From Terriglobales bacterium (GTDB lineage: Bacteria > Acidobacteriota > Terriglobia > Terriglobales > Acidobacteriaceae): a stretch of DNA of 64,000 nt. The notes beneath the pieces are model-generated. The model was not told the origin of the DNA. It made no database searches and saw only the letters and a program-made list of their open reading frames with translations. Of the stretch, positions 1-8,763 are shown piece after piece. The position numbers and the translations under genes are program-made. Position 1 is the stretch's first letter; each line of letters opens with the position of its first letter. The DNA is taken from contig DATJHT010000141.1 in the NCBI GenBank assembly GCA_035493765.1, positions 1,249 to 65,248 of the forward strand, written 5' to 3'.

Positions 1-1
1 G

Positions 2-247
2 AAATCTGTCATTGATCAGTACGGAACGCACCCCACCGATACGGGCAGTCCAGAAGTCCAAATCGCTCTGTTGAGCGAACGCATTGGTCAGTTGACGGAC
101 CACTTCAAAACGCACCTGAAAGATCATGGCTCGCGCCGTGGCCTTCTCATGCTGGTCAGCAAGCGGCGTCGCTTGCTCGACTACCTCAAAAAATACGATT
201 CCGAGCGCTACAAAACCGTGGTTCAGAGACTCGGCCTCCGCAAATAG
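2..247 (+). CDS. rpsO: 30S ribosomal protein S15 (5' end cut by window edge)
   Basis: My translation of frame 2 gives [81 protein letters not shown], with TAG at 245-247. This is a canonical S15 sequence in canonical rpsO-pnp synteny. It is absent from the ORF track because no start codon lies in the window. Confidence 0.95.
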   Translation, partial: KSVIDQYGTHPTDTGSPEVQIALLSERIGQLTDHFKTHLKDHGSRRGLLMLVSKRRRLLDYLKKYDSERYKTVVQRLGLRK

Positions 248-262
248 GAGGCTTTTTCTTTT
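234..262 (+). terminator. rpsO hairpin plus T-run (terminator/attenuator overlapping the stop codon)
   Basis: GCCTCC (234-239) pairs with GGAGGC (247-252) across a 7-nt loop, followed by TTTTTCTTTT. This is the same position as the leaky rpsO terminator preceding pnp in other bacteria. Confidence 0.55.
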
Positions 263-339
263 GGGCTGTTTGTTCCTACGCTTTCGGGACCGAGCCGTCG
301 TGTATTCGGCGGATTGAGGGTTGTGATTCCCATTCTCTC

Positions 340-470
340 GCATCAAGCTGCTAGCGACTAGCTGCTTAGCTGCTAACGATCGATAGTGCCCGCGTTCCTG
401 CCATGCGTCCTGCATTGCGAACCTGGTGGGAGCTGGAGGCTAGCAGCTGAGAGTAAGCGCTCTCCTCACA
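340..470 (+). promoter_or_regulatory. structured pnp 5' leader
   Basis: AGCTGCT(T)A motifs start at 346, 360 and 368. AGCTGCTAGC (346-355) is the exact reverse complement of GCTAGCAGCT (439-448). A small GAGAG/CTCTC hairpin at 449-464 lies just before the RBS AAGGA (473-477). Confidence 0.45.
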
Positions 471-486
471 TTAAGGACATAAATTG

Positions 487-2898
487 ATGAAACAAGATAT
501 TTCTGTTGAACTGGCCGGCGGCAAACGGATTTCGTTTGAGACTGGAAAGCTGGCCAAGCAGGCGCACGGCTCGGTAGTCGTGCGTATCGGCGACAACGTT
601 GTGCTTGCCACCGCCACTGCCAATGCCGATCCGCGCGAAGGCATCGACTTCTTTCCGCTCACCGTAGATTATCGCGAATACACCTACGCCGGCGGACGCA
701 TTCCCGGCGGCTTCATCAAGCGCGAAGGCCGCCCGAGTGAGCGCGAAATTCTCACCAGCCGCCAAATCGATCGCCCCATCCGTCCGCTATTTCCTGACGG
801 CTTCAAGTGCGAGACCCAGGTGATTGCGTTCGTGCTTTCCGCCGACACCGAAAACGATCCCGACGTTGCCGGAATCAATGGGGCTTCGGCGGCGCTCACA
901 ATTTCCGACATTCCTTTTAACGGCCCGATCGGCGCGGTCCGCGTCGGCCTGGTGGATGGCCAATTCATCATCAATCCGACCTACGGCGAGATGCGCGACA
1001 GCCTGTTGAACATTATGGTGGTCGGAACGTCCGAAGGCATCGTAATGATCGAGTCAGGCGCCAAGGAAGTAAAAGAGGAGACGGTAGTTGACGCGATTGA
1101 GTTCGGCCATGCCGAGATCAAAAAGATCTGCGCTTCGATCAATGAGCTTCGCCAAAAGGCTGGCAAGCCGAAGCGTGAAGTCACCCCGCCAGAGTTTGAT
1201 GATGCCTATTACAACGATCTGAAATCAAAGATCGGCGCCGACCTTGCCGACCGACTGGACACGGAAAAGCATCCGAAGGCCGAAAGCTACACGCTGGTGC
1301 GCGAGCTTAAGAAACAGTTGCAGGCCGCTCTGCCGGAAGAAGACGAGGCTGCGCAGGCCAAGCTGAAGAGCTATTACGAAACTTTGCGCGAGCGAATTTT
1401 CCGCGAGGCGGTGATTAATCAGAAGCGGCGTCCGGATGGCCGCGCTTTTGACCAGATTCGCGACATCTGGATTGAAGTCGGAGTTCTGCCCCGCACTCAC
1501 GGTTCCGCCATCTTTACCCGCGGCGAAACCCAGGCACTGGTCACCACTACTCTCGGCACCAGTGACGACATGCAGCGGCTCGAAGCCTTCGAAGGCGAAG
1601 CCAAAAAGCGTTTTATGCTGCACTACAACTTCCCGCCGTTCTCCGTTGGCGAAGTAGCATTCCTTCGAGGCGCCGGGCGTCGCGAAATCGGTCACGGGGC
1701 GTTGGCGGAGCGGGCGATTTCAGCTGTGCTCCCCTCCGACGAAAAGTGGCCTTATGCGATGCGTGTTGTCTCGGACATTCTTGAATCGAACGGCTCTTCC
1801 TCAATGGCCACGGTCTGCGGAGCGGCGCTTTCGCTGATGGACGCAGGCGTTCCACTTAAGGCTCCGGTTGCGGGCGTTGCTATGGGACTGGTGAAGGAAG
1901 GCGAGCAATACGCAATCCTGACCGACATCGCGGGCGCTGAAGATCACTACGGCGATATGGACTTCAAAGTCGCTGGAACGAAAGATGGCATCACGGCGCT
2001 GCAAATGGACATCAAGGTGGGCGGCATTACCGCGCAGATCATGCGTGAAGCGCTGGCCCAGGCGCAGCGCGGCCGCTTGTTCATCCTCGGCAAGATGGAT
2101 GAAGTAATTTCAACCCATCGCGAGAAAGTCTCCACTTACGCTCCACGTATTTATACCTTGCAGATCCCGGTCGATAAGATTCGCGACGTAATTGGGCCCG
2201 GCGGCAAAATGATCCGTTCGATCATCGAGCAGACCGGGGTGAAGATCGATGTGGAAGACACCGGCAAAGTGAATGTGTCTTCGAACGACGAGACTTCCGC
2301 CAACAAAGCCCTGCAAATCATTCGCGATCTGACGGCGACCGCCGAAGTAGGCAAGACTTATCTCGGCAAAGTCACTCGGCTTGCGGATTTCGGGGCATTC
2401 GTAGAAATCATTCCCGGGACCGAAGGCCTGCTGCACATCAGCGAGGTTGCCGAACATCGCATTAAAGACGTTCGCGACGAACTGAAGGAAGACGATCAGG
2501 TGCTGGTGAAAGTCCTGGCGGTCGAAGGCAATCGCATCCGCCTGTCACGGAAGGCAATTTTGAAAGAGCAGCGTGCGAAGATGGGGGGAGGCGCACCACC
2601 GGCCGCAGAGCCCCTGAGCGGCGAGGTTGAGTCCGAAGCGCGAACGGTTCCTTCGGGCGCGCCTGCTTTGACTCTCGAAGGCGGCGCTGAGTTTGAAGAA
2701 GGCGATGAGCCCAATTTCAACCGCGTCGAGCCTGCGCCGCAAGCTGCTGGCGATCGCCCGGAGCGTGGCGGTGATCGCGGTGGAGACCGTGGCGGGCGAG
2801 GTGGCCGACCCGGCGGTGGCGGCGGGCGGCATCGTCGTCGTGATGGCGGACGCGGTGGCCGCGGCGGACACGGCGGCGGTGGCGGCGGACGACGCTAG
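487..2898 (+). CDS. pnp: polyribonucleotide nucleotidyltransferase (PNPase) with Arg/Gly-rich C-terminal extension
   Basis: ORF of about 800 aa with the typical PNPase N-terminus (MKQDISVELAGGKRISFETGKLAKQAHGSVVV). It has two RNase PH-like halves, a KH segment (GPGGKMIRSIIEQTGVKIDV) and an S1 segment (GKVTRLADFGAFVEI). I favour ATG 487 over TTG 484 because the RBS AAGGA lies 9 nt upstream. Confidence 0.97.
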   Translation: MKQDISVELAGGKRISFETGKLAKQAHGSVVVRIGDNVVLATATANADPREGIDFFPLTVDYREYTYAGGRIPGGFIKREGRPSEREILTSRQIDRPIRPLFPDGFKCETQVIAFVLSADTENDPDVAGINGASAALTISDIPFNGPIGAVRVGLVDGQFIINPTYGEMRDSLLNIMVVGTSEGIVMIESGAKEVKEETVVDAIEFGHAEIKKICASINELRQKAGKPKREVTPPEFDDAYYNDLKSKIGADLADRLDTEKHPKAESYTLVRELKKQLQAALPEEDEAAQAKLKSYYETLRERIFREAVINQKRRPDGRAFDQIRDIWIEVGVLPRTHGSAIFTRGETQALVTTTLGTSDDMQRLEAFEGEAKKRFMLHYNFPPFSVGEVAFLRGAGRREIGHGALAERAISAVLPSDEKWPYAMRVVSDILESNGSSSMATVCGAALSLMDAGVPLKAPVAGVAMGLVKEGEQYAILTDIAGAEDHYGDMDFKVAGTKDGITALQMDIKVGGITAQIMREALAQAQRGRLFILGKMDEVISTHREKVSTYAPRIYTLQIPVDKIRDVIGPGGKMIRSIIEQTGVKIDVEDTGKVNVSSNDETSANKALQIIRDLTATAEVGKTYLGKVTRLADFGAFVEIIPGTEGLLHISEVAEHRIKDVRDELKEDDQVLVKVLAVEGNRIRLSRKAILKEQRAKMGGGAPPAAEPLSGEVESEARTVPSGAPALTLEGGAEFEEGDEPNFNRVEPAPQAAGDRPERGGDRGGDRGGRGGRPGGGGGRHRRRDGGRGGRGGHGGGGGGRR

Positions 2899-2929
2899 TT
2901 TGAGCAATCGCAAAATTTGACGCCCTTAA

Positions 2930-2959
2930 GCCGCGACAAAAGTCGCGGCTTTTGTTTTT
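2930..2959 (+). terminator. rho-independent terminator of pnp
   Basis: GCCGCGAC-AAAA-GTCGCGGC hairpin followed by TTTTGTTTTT. Confidence 0.8.
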
Positions 2960-3035
2960 CCACGCATCCATTATTCTTGTGGTCGGCACGATATTGCAGA
3001 TCCTTCGCGCCGGATAACTGAGGGGTGGCAATCAC

Positions 3036-3392
3036 ATGTACGAAGTCATACTCAAGCGCTTTGAAAATCCTGACGAAGTCCGCACATTTGAGAAGGGCAA
3101 GTTCGAACTTGTGCATGTCGGAGGGATGACCATCGGGAGAGCCAGTTACGAACCCGGCTGGAAATGGTCGGTTCACGTGGGTGCGGCTCAAGGACTGAAG
3201 AACTGCTCCGTAGAACACGTCGGCATGGTGGTTTCGGGCCGCGCGACCGCCGCTATGGACGATGGCCGGGTTGTCGAAATGAAACCCGGTGATTTGTTCT
3301 ACATCGCGCCGGGACATGACAGTTGGGTGGTCGGCGATGAACCGTACGTGTCGCTGCATTTCTTAGGCGCCACGGAATATGCGCGGCATTAA
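3036..3392 (+). CDS. cupin domain protein
   Basis: 118-aa ORF with a small beta-barrel-like sequence (GMTIGRASYEPGWKW...VEHVGMVVSGRATAAMDDGRVVEMKPGDLFYIAPGHDSWV), typical of cupin_2 proteins. RBS GAGGGG lies upstream. Confidence 0.7.
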   Translation: MYEVILKRFENPDEVRTFEKGKFELVHVGGMTIGRASYEPGWKWSVHVGAAQGLKNCSVEHVGMVVSGRATAAMDDGRVVEMKPGDLFYIAPGHDSWVVGDEPYVSLHFLGATEYARH

Positions 3393-3575
3393 TCAATTGA
3401 TCAAAGTTTGAAACGGATCAATCTTCCTGCACCAAATACTTCTTCATCTGAACGCGTGTGGCGGGCGAGGAATTTGGAGGGTTCAGCGCACAACTGCAGA
3501 CGCCTCTTTTCCAATAGTGATGGCAACCCAACAGCGGAATTCCTCCATTTGCTAACCTATCAACCAGCAACCAAC

Positions 3576-3673
3576 GGAAGCGCATGCGGTCCGGTGATCG
3601 TCCCGGTCTTCAAAACCGGCGGGTGGCATCTAGCGATGTCACCGGTGGGTTCGACCCCCACTCGCTTCCGCCA
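3576..3673 (+). tRNA. selC: tRNA-Sec (anticodon UCA)
   Basis: Hand-folded 98-nt molecule. The acceptor is GGAAGCG(C)/(T)CGCTTCC, in 8-nt register with 7 Watson-Crick pairs. The D-stem is 6 bp, GCGGTC/GATCGT, with loop CGGT as in E. coli selC. The anticodon stem is CCGGT/ACCGG with loop CTTCAAA (UCA). The variable arm is 9 bp, GGTGGCATC-TAGC-GATGTCACC. The T-arm is GTGGG-TTCGACC-CCCAC. A discriminator G and an encoded CCA follow. Confidence 0.9.
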
Positions 3674-4106
3674 ATTCGTTGTCGATGAGTTGGCTCGCCG
3701 ATCCGCTTCATGCTCTTGCTCTCGTTCTATTTCTTTAGCAGGAGCGCAGAGCTCACCTGAAATACCAACAGCGCCTACCCCGCAGATTTGTCGCGTGCCT
3801 GCACTCGTGCTGGGTGAGTAGTCCACCATCCTTTTCGTTGTATTCCCGTTGCATGTAAACCTTCAATTGGCAACGCTGGCCTGTTATGCGTGGTTTCATG
3901 CGACAACACGCAGCCACAAACCGTTGTCCTCTCCGATAATGGGAGTAAGCCTCCATGGATATAGACCTGACCACCCGCAGTCGAAGCAGCATGCACAGCG
4001 GAACTGTTCACCAGAGCCAGTTGCCAAAGGACTCGTCGCCAAAGTAGGATCGCGGAGTTGCTCTGGGCGCTCGCCGCTGTGGATTTAGGGTTTGAGGAGG
4101 TCTCGC

Positions 4107-5171
4107 ATGGAACGCACAGGTGCTATTCAGGTTGTTCCCTTACTTTGCCGCCTTATTGCAACCCTCGCTGTTCTGATCCGTCCCGCGGTTCTTGCTCAGA
4201 CTTCTCCTGCGACTTCGGGCCATGATGACGCTTTCTATATCAGTTTTCAGGTGCCGGATTATCACGACACTTATCCGCAGAGCATCAACCGTTCTTTCAG
4301 CGTGGCGGGTTACTGTGCCCAGGCGACCTCAAACTATCACGGGTTTGTACGCGGATCTGAGGGCAGAATCAATCTGATCGATCCACCCGGAAGCACCTTC
4401 ACAATAGCGAGAGGCATCAATGCCGCTGGAGCCATCGTTGGTTATTTTCAAGAGTCTAACTTTTTCGTCCACGGTTTCGTGCGATCACCCGAAGGAGTTT
4501 TTGCCACCATTGACTATCTGGGAAACCAGACACTGGCGTGGAGCATAAACGACGCAGGCGTGGTCACAGGATATTACGTTGCCGCAAACCGGCAGCACGG
4601 TTTCATGCGGTCGACAAAGGGAAAGATCATTTCTTTCGATCCTCCGGGCAGTACAAGTACGTTCCCCACGGGCATCAACAATGAGAGATGGATCATTGGA
4701 TCGTACCTTGCTAATGGCACTCAACATGGATTCGTGCGGAATTCGCAGGGAGAGTTCAGCTCATTCGATCCTCCGGGAAGCCTTCAGACGTACCCGTCGA
4801 GCATCGATGCAGCTGGGATCATCACTGGCTACTATGAAGATGCAAGCTTGATCGTCCATGGTTTTGTGCGCTCCCGAACGGGTGAGATCACCACCTTCGA
4901 CGCACCGGACAGCACGCAAACAGTGCCGCAGAGCATCAACGCCCAAGGCGCGACTACAGGCAATGGCTCATACCATGCATTTGTGCGTAACCGACAAGGA
5001 GAAATCGTCACCTTCGATTACCCAGGTGGAGCGAATACAATCGCCTGGAGCATCAATGATTTAGGTGCCGTCACGGGATCGTTTGGAAATACTGCCGGGT
5101 TGACCTTGGGGTTCATACGCGTGCCTTTATCGTTTCGGCTCGCCTTTGAAGGCAAGTCCCACGGTAGGTGA
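4107..5171 (+). CDS. secreted HAF-like repeat protein (7 repeats)
   Basis: ATG 4107 is preceded by GAGGAGG and followed by a signal-like N-terminus (LLCRLIATLAVLIRPAVLAQ). Seven repeats of about 43-46 aa follow the pattern PGS..T...GIN..G.I.GYY......HGFVR...G. This resembles the 'probable extracellular repeat, HAF family'. Confidence 0.75.
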   Translation: MERTGAIQVVPLLCRLIATLAVLIRPAVLAQTSPATSGHDDAFYISFQVPDYHDTYPQSINRSFSVAGYCAQATSNYHGFVRGSEGRINLIDPPGSTFTIARGINAAGAIVGYFQESNFFVHGFVRSPEGVFATIDYLGNQTLAWSINDAGVVTGYYVAANRQHGFMRSTKGKIISFDPPGSTSTFPTGINNERWIIGSYLANGTQHGFVRNSQGEFSSFDPPGSLQTYPSSIDAAGIITGYYEDASLIVHGFVRSRTGEITTFDAPDSTQTVPQSINAQGATTGNGSYHAFVRNRQGEIVTFDYPGGANTIAWSINDLGAVTGSFGNTAGLTLGFIRVPLSFRLAFEGKSHGR

Positions 5172-5231
5172 ACGAGCGGTTCTGGTGGTGGGTGCGCTCT
5201 TAGAAATTCATTTCCGATCGCAGAACTGAAG

Positions 5232-6233
5232 TTAGTCGTGCGACTTGGTTTCCCGGCTGCGCACGAAACCGTGAACCATGAAGTTGGCGTCCACGTATTG
5301 GCCGGTGGCTTCGCCACTGGGGTTGATCGCATATGGCGAAGTCTGGATTGCGCCCGAGACGTCGAAGATGGTGAAACTGCCGTTAGCATTGCGCAAGAAG
5401 GCATGGAAGACGCCGCTCGCGTCGGCGAACCTGCCGAGAATCTGCCCCTCGGCGCTTATTCCTACAGGGACGGTGAGCAGCGAACCCGGCGCGTAGAACG
5501 AAATTACATGGCCCTCCCGGTTCCGCACAAAACCCTTGACGTGTGCATCGGGTTCATAGAAACCCACGACTTCACCGCTTGGGGCCATCGCTTGGGGAAA
5601 GCATCCACTCAAATGGATGGTGCCGATAGATCCGTTGGAATTCCGCACGAAGCAATAATAGTGATTGTCAGGTGCGAAGTAATAGCCGGTAATCTGACCC
5701 GCGGGATTGATTGCCTGAGCGAAAGTTGTGAGTGCGCCTGGGACGTCGAAGGTGACGAATTGGCCATCGCGGCTCCGCAAAAAACCATGGGGCCCGCCAG
5801 CTATGGTCGTATACCAGCCTGTGACCTGTCCTGAGGCATTGAGCGCCATCGGATATGTATTGAACGCGTCGGGTTGATCGAAGGCTATGAAGGTGCCGTC
5901 ACGCTTTCGAATGAAACCGTGGCTGAGGAAGTTTTTGTCGGTGTAATTGCCTACGATTTCGTCGCTCGAATTTATGCTTTTTGCAGAGGTCCCAGTTGAT
6001 CCTTCGACATTGAAACGGATAATCGTGCCATTGGCTCTTCGCAAGAAACTGCGCAGCGGCCCCTCCAGACTGACATATTCGCCAGTAACATCGCCGGCAG
6101 GATTGATGGCCTCGGGAAAGGTATCGAATGAGTCAGGCACATCAAAGGTCGTGATGGTCTGGGCATAGCCGGTGAGGACAAGGCTGAGAAAAGCGGAGGT
6201 GCAAATCCCCATGCGTAAAGACGATCGGGACAT
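5232..6233 (-). CDS. secreted HAF-like repeat protein (7 repeats), paralogue of 4107-5171
   Basis: Signal peptide MSRSSLRMGICTSAFLSLVLTGYAQT. It carries seven repeats with the same INxxGxxxGxY...H[GA]F[VL]R architecture and is convergent with the previous gene. Confidence 0.75.
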   Translation of the reverse strand: MSRSSLRMGICTSAFLSLVLTGYAQTITTFDVPDSFDTFPEAINPAGDVTGEYVSLEGPLRSFLRRANGTIIRFNVEGSTGTSAKSINSSDEIVGNYTDKNFLSHGFIRKRDGTFIAFDQPDAFNTYPMALNASGQVTGWYTTIAGGPHGFLRSRDGQFVTFDVPGALTTFAQAINPAGQITGYYFAPDNHYYCFVRNSNGSIGTIHLSGCFPQAMAPSGEVVGFYEPDAHVKGFVRNREGHVISFYAPGSLLTVPVGISAEGQILGRFADASGVFHAFLRNANGSFTIFDVSGAIQTSPYAINPSGEATGQYVDANFMVHGFVRSRETKSHD

Positions 6234-6775
6234 AAGGCTCCTTTTGAGTGCAGTTCTGCTTCGGGGGCACTGCCGTTAGGTTCTCTGCGAGACAGGTGAG
6301 GTCACCCGCGGTTCAGCCATTGGAAAACTTAGCCTTTAGCCCAGCTAATGGCGCAAGAAACGATATCGCCCAGGCCAACAAGTGTCAACACAGTTGTGAG
6401 CGAAATGGCTGAGGTAGCTGCGTCACTGAAGCGAGCGCTCACGATTCACCCCTCGGTCCGCTGTACTGCTACTGCTTCTTACGCCTTGCATGCAGTAATC
6501 AAAAATGAAGTGGGGGCCTTGCCACAGCACTGCTCAACACGCCTGCCCGTCTAGACCGTCCAGTCGTTTCCTCCACGGTTTAGGTTGCGATTCAGGTCGG
6601 TCGTTTGTTGAAGCTTCGCTAACCTTGTTTTCACCAGTTTACGGGATAAAAGCTGATCGGCCTCTACCGTATTCTCCTTGATAATCAGTGATTTCGCCTC
6701 AGTTGCTACCCTTTCGCCCCGATTGTTGCCGAACCCCGTCTTCTTTACTGTGAGAGAAGTTCAGGAGCCAGGGCC

Positions 6776-7630
6776 GTGAACATACCGCGAATACGAATGT
6801 TGCTCTCAGCAGTCGTAGCCATGCTGTTGTCGGTGGCTTCAGGAATGGGACAAGCGGAGTCGCAACCGACAAAGCTCTCTCCATCGGATTTGGTTAAATC
6901 GGTCATATATAACGAATTGCATCCAGCCAACACAGTGGACGTGTACTGGAAATACCAACTCCTGAAGCAAATAGACGGCAAGCAGGAAACCCGGACGGTA
7001 GTGGAGACGAAGTCTGGATCGCTCGACAGACTATTGTCGGTGGCGGGAAAACCATTGACTGGCGCTCAAGAAAGCAATGAAGCGCGGCGAATTCTGAAAT
7101 TCTCGCACAGCCCTGAGGAACAGAGAAAAGCGGAACAGAACCGCCGTAAGGACGCGGAACAGTGCAACAACATCCTTAAGATGATTCCGGATGCATTCAT
7201 TTTTGAATATGCGGGCGAGAGTGGAACCGCCGCCAAGCTGACTTTTAAAGCGAATCCCAAGTTCATACCGCCTTCACGCGAGGGCAAAGTGTTGCAGCAA
7301 ATGGCTGGCGAAATGTGGGTGGACGCTCGGGAGAAGCGCCTGATCAGTATCAATGGCCGCCTGGTTAGTGATGTGAAATTCGGGGGCGGATTTTTGGGGC
7401 ACTTGGAAAAAGGCGGCGAATTTTCAGTGAAGCGGGCTGAGATTACCCCCGGAGACTGGGAGATGACTGAACTGAGTGTCAATATGCAAGGCAAGGCGCT
7501 CCTGTTCAAAAGCATTTCAGTTCAGCAAAAGGAACTGCATAGCAAGTTCGAACAAATACCGGACGACTTGAGCCTGGCCGATGCTGCGAACATTTTGTTA
7601 CGCCAAACGGTCGTGGCTTTCAAACAATAG
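6776..7630 (+). CDS. hypothetical secreted protein
   Basis: 284-aa ORF. GTG start with AGGAG 8 nt upstream. Signal peptide MNIPRIRMLLSAVVAMLLSVASGMGQA. I could not name a family with confidence. Confidence 0.6.
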   Translation: MNIPRIRMLLSAVVAMLLSVASGMGQAESQPTKLSPSDLVKSVIYNELHPANTVDVYWKYQLLKQIDGKQETRTVVETKSGSLDRLLSVAGKPLTGAQESNEARRILKFSHSPEEQRKAEQNRRKDAEQCNNILKMIPDAFIFEYAGESGTAAKLTFKANPKFIPPSREGKVLQQMAGEMWVDAREKRLISINGRLVSDVKFGGGFLGHLEKGGEFSVKRAEITPGDWEMTELSVNMQGKALLFKSISVQQKELHSKFEQIPDDLSLADAANILLRQTVVAFKQ

Positions 7631-7691
7631 CTATCTTTGTCGGTTAGAACCTGCGTTAGTTATAACCTGCGGCTTTTGATAGCATTCCCGC

Positions 7692-8717
7692 ATGAAACTT
7701 CTGACCGCGATTTTGGCGATATCGGTCGCGTCAGCTTACGCCCAAAAGCATTCTCAGAGAAAACCTGGCGATCCGCTGAAGGATCTTCCGCCGAATATCG
7801 AGGTGCTCACCCATTTTGGCGAGCGCGCGGACATCTCTCCCGACAATCAACGCGTGGCATTCATGGCAAAAAGTTTTGGCGATGCCATGCTGGTTGACCT
7901 GAAAACACGCGCCATCACCTGTCTTACCTGCAATGTACCCGGCGCCTCATTTCTGCGCGTTATGCACCTGATCACGGGCGATTACATTCTGATCGGGCCG
8001 GAACGTTTCGAAGATATTCATACCAGCCGCTCCCGCGATAACGAGTTGTGGTTCCTGAGTAAAGAACGCGGATCTAAACCGGTAAAGCTCAGGCAAAAGA
8101 TGAGCGAGGGCGCAGCGATTTCAAAGAAGTCGCTGAAGGTCGCGTTTTCAGAATTGCCGGCGCAAAATCCGGAGTTGGCGCCGGGAACTTCGCGGCTGAT
8201 GACCGCGGAGTTGGATCTCTCCGGAGGCACTCCGAAACTGGTTAATAAGAAGGCGGTTTACGAGAGCAAAGATCGAAGCTGCGTACTCGAAGCGCAAGAT
8301 TTTTATGACGACGACAAGAAGATGGTGTTCACGTGCTACGAACCGGAAAGCGCGGCGTCGGTTATGGGAATCGACCTGCACACCGGCGAAGTTACGAATT
8401 TTTCGAAAGCGCCGGGTACCTACAACGAACCTGAGGGCATTTTTCCAGACGGTCTGTTCACCGCAGTTGAAGGTGACCGCCAGTGCAAAGATTTTGGCGG
8501 CGGCTGCGGGCCGGGGAACATTGATATATGGAAGTTAAGGCTCGACGGGACCGGAAAAGATTTCACTCGCCTGACCCACTTCAACGATTACGGAGGCGGC
8601 AAGACCTCCAATCCGGTGATTTCTACCGACGGTCGTTTCATGGCATTTCAAACGGCAAGGGCTAGCGATCCCGCCGGCATCGGCTATGGCATTTTGATCT
8701 ACTGGTTTGCGCATTGA
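7692..8717 (+). CDS. secreted beta-propeller-like protein (TolB/PD40-like motifs)
   Basis: Signal peptide MKLLTAILAISVASAYAQ. Contains repeated SPD(N/G)xxxAF-type motifs (ISPDNQRVAFMA, STDGRFMAFQT). Confidence 0.6.
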   Translation: MKLLTAILAISVASAYAQKHSQRKPGDPLKDLPPNIEVLTHFGERADISPDNQRVAFMAKSFGDAMLVDLKTRAITCLTCNVPGASFLRVMHLITGDYILIGPERFEDIHTSRSRDNELWFLSKERGSKPVKLRQKMSEGAAISKKSLKVAFSELPAQNPELAPGTSRLMTAELDLSGGTPKLVNKKAVYESKDRSCVLEAQDFYDDDKKMVFTCYEPESAASVMGIDLHTGEVTNFSKAPGTYNEPEGIFPDGLFTAVEGDRQCKDFGGGCGPGNIDIWKLRLDGTGKDFTRLTHFNDYGGGKTSNPVISTDGRFMAFQTARASDPAGIGYGILIYWFAH

Positions 8718-8763
8718 ATGCGCCCAATAGGCGCAAACTCGCCAACGCTAGCGAAGCAACGCG

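Noticed and set aside
2752-2895. GGC/CGG/GAT-rich repetitive DNA that could be taken for a microsatellite or array
   Set aside because: It is in frame with pnp and encodes the RGG tail. It has no spacer/repeat organisation.
3408-3821. 137-aa ORF spanning the selC region
   Set aside because: It is read straight through a well-folded tRNA-Sec and has a low-complexity translation, so it is not a gene.
3674-4106. Possible island attachment site or integrase remnant downstream of selC
   Set aside because: I found no repeat of the tRNA 3' end downstream by eye, and none of the six frames shows integrase-like sequence. It stays as a weak hint only, inside the selC/HAF findings.
8706-8737. Hairpin TTTGCGC...TGCGCC-CAATA-GGCGCAAA between the convergent genes 7692-8717 and 8764-8990
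   Set aside because: It is a plausible bidirectional terminator stem but has no T-run on either strand, so the evidence is too weak to annotate.
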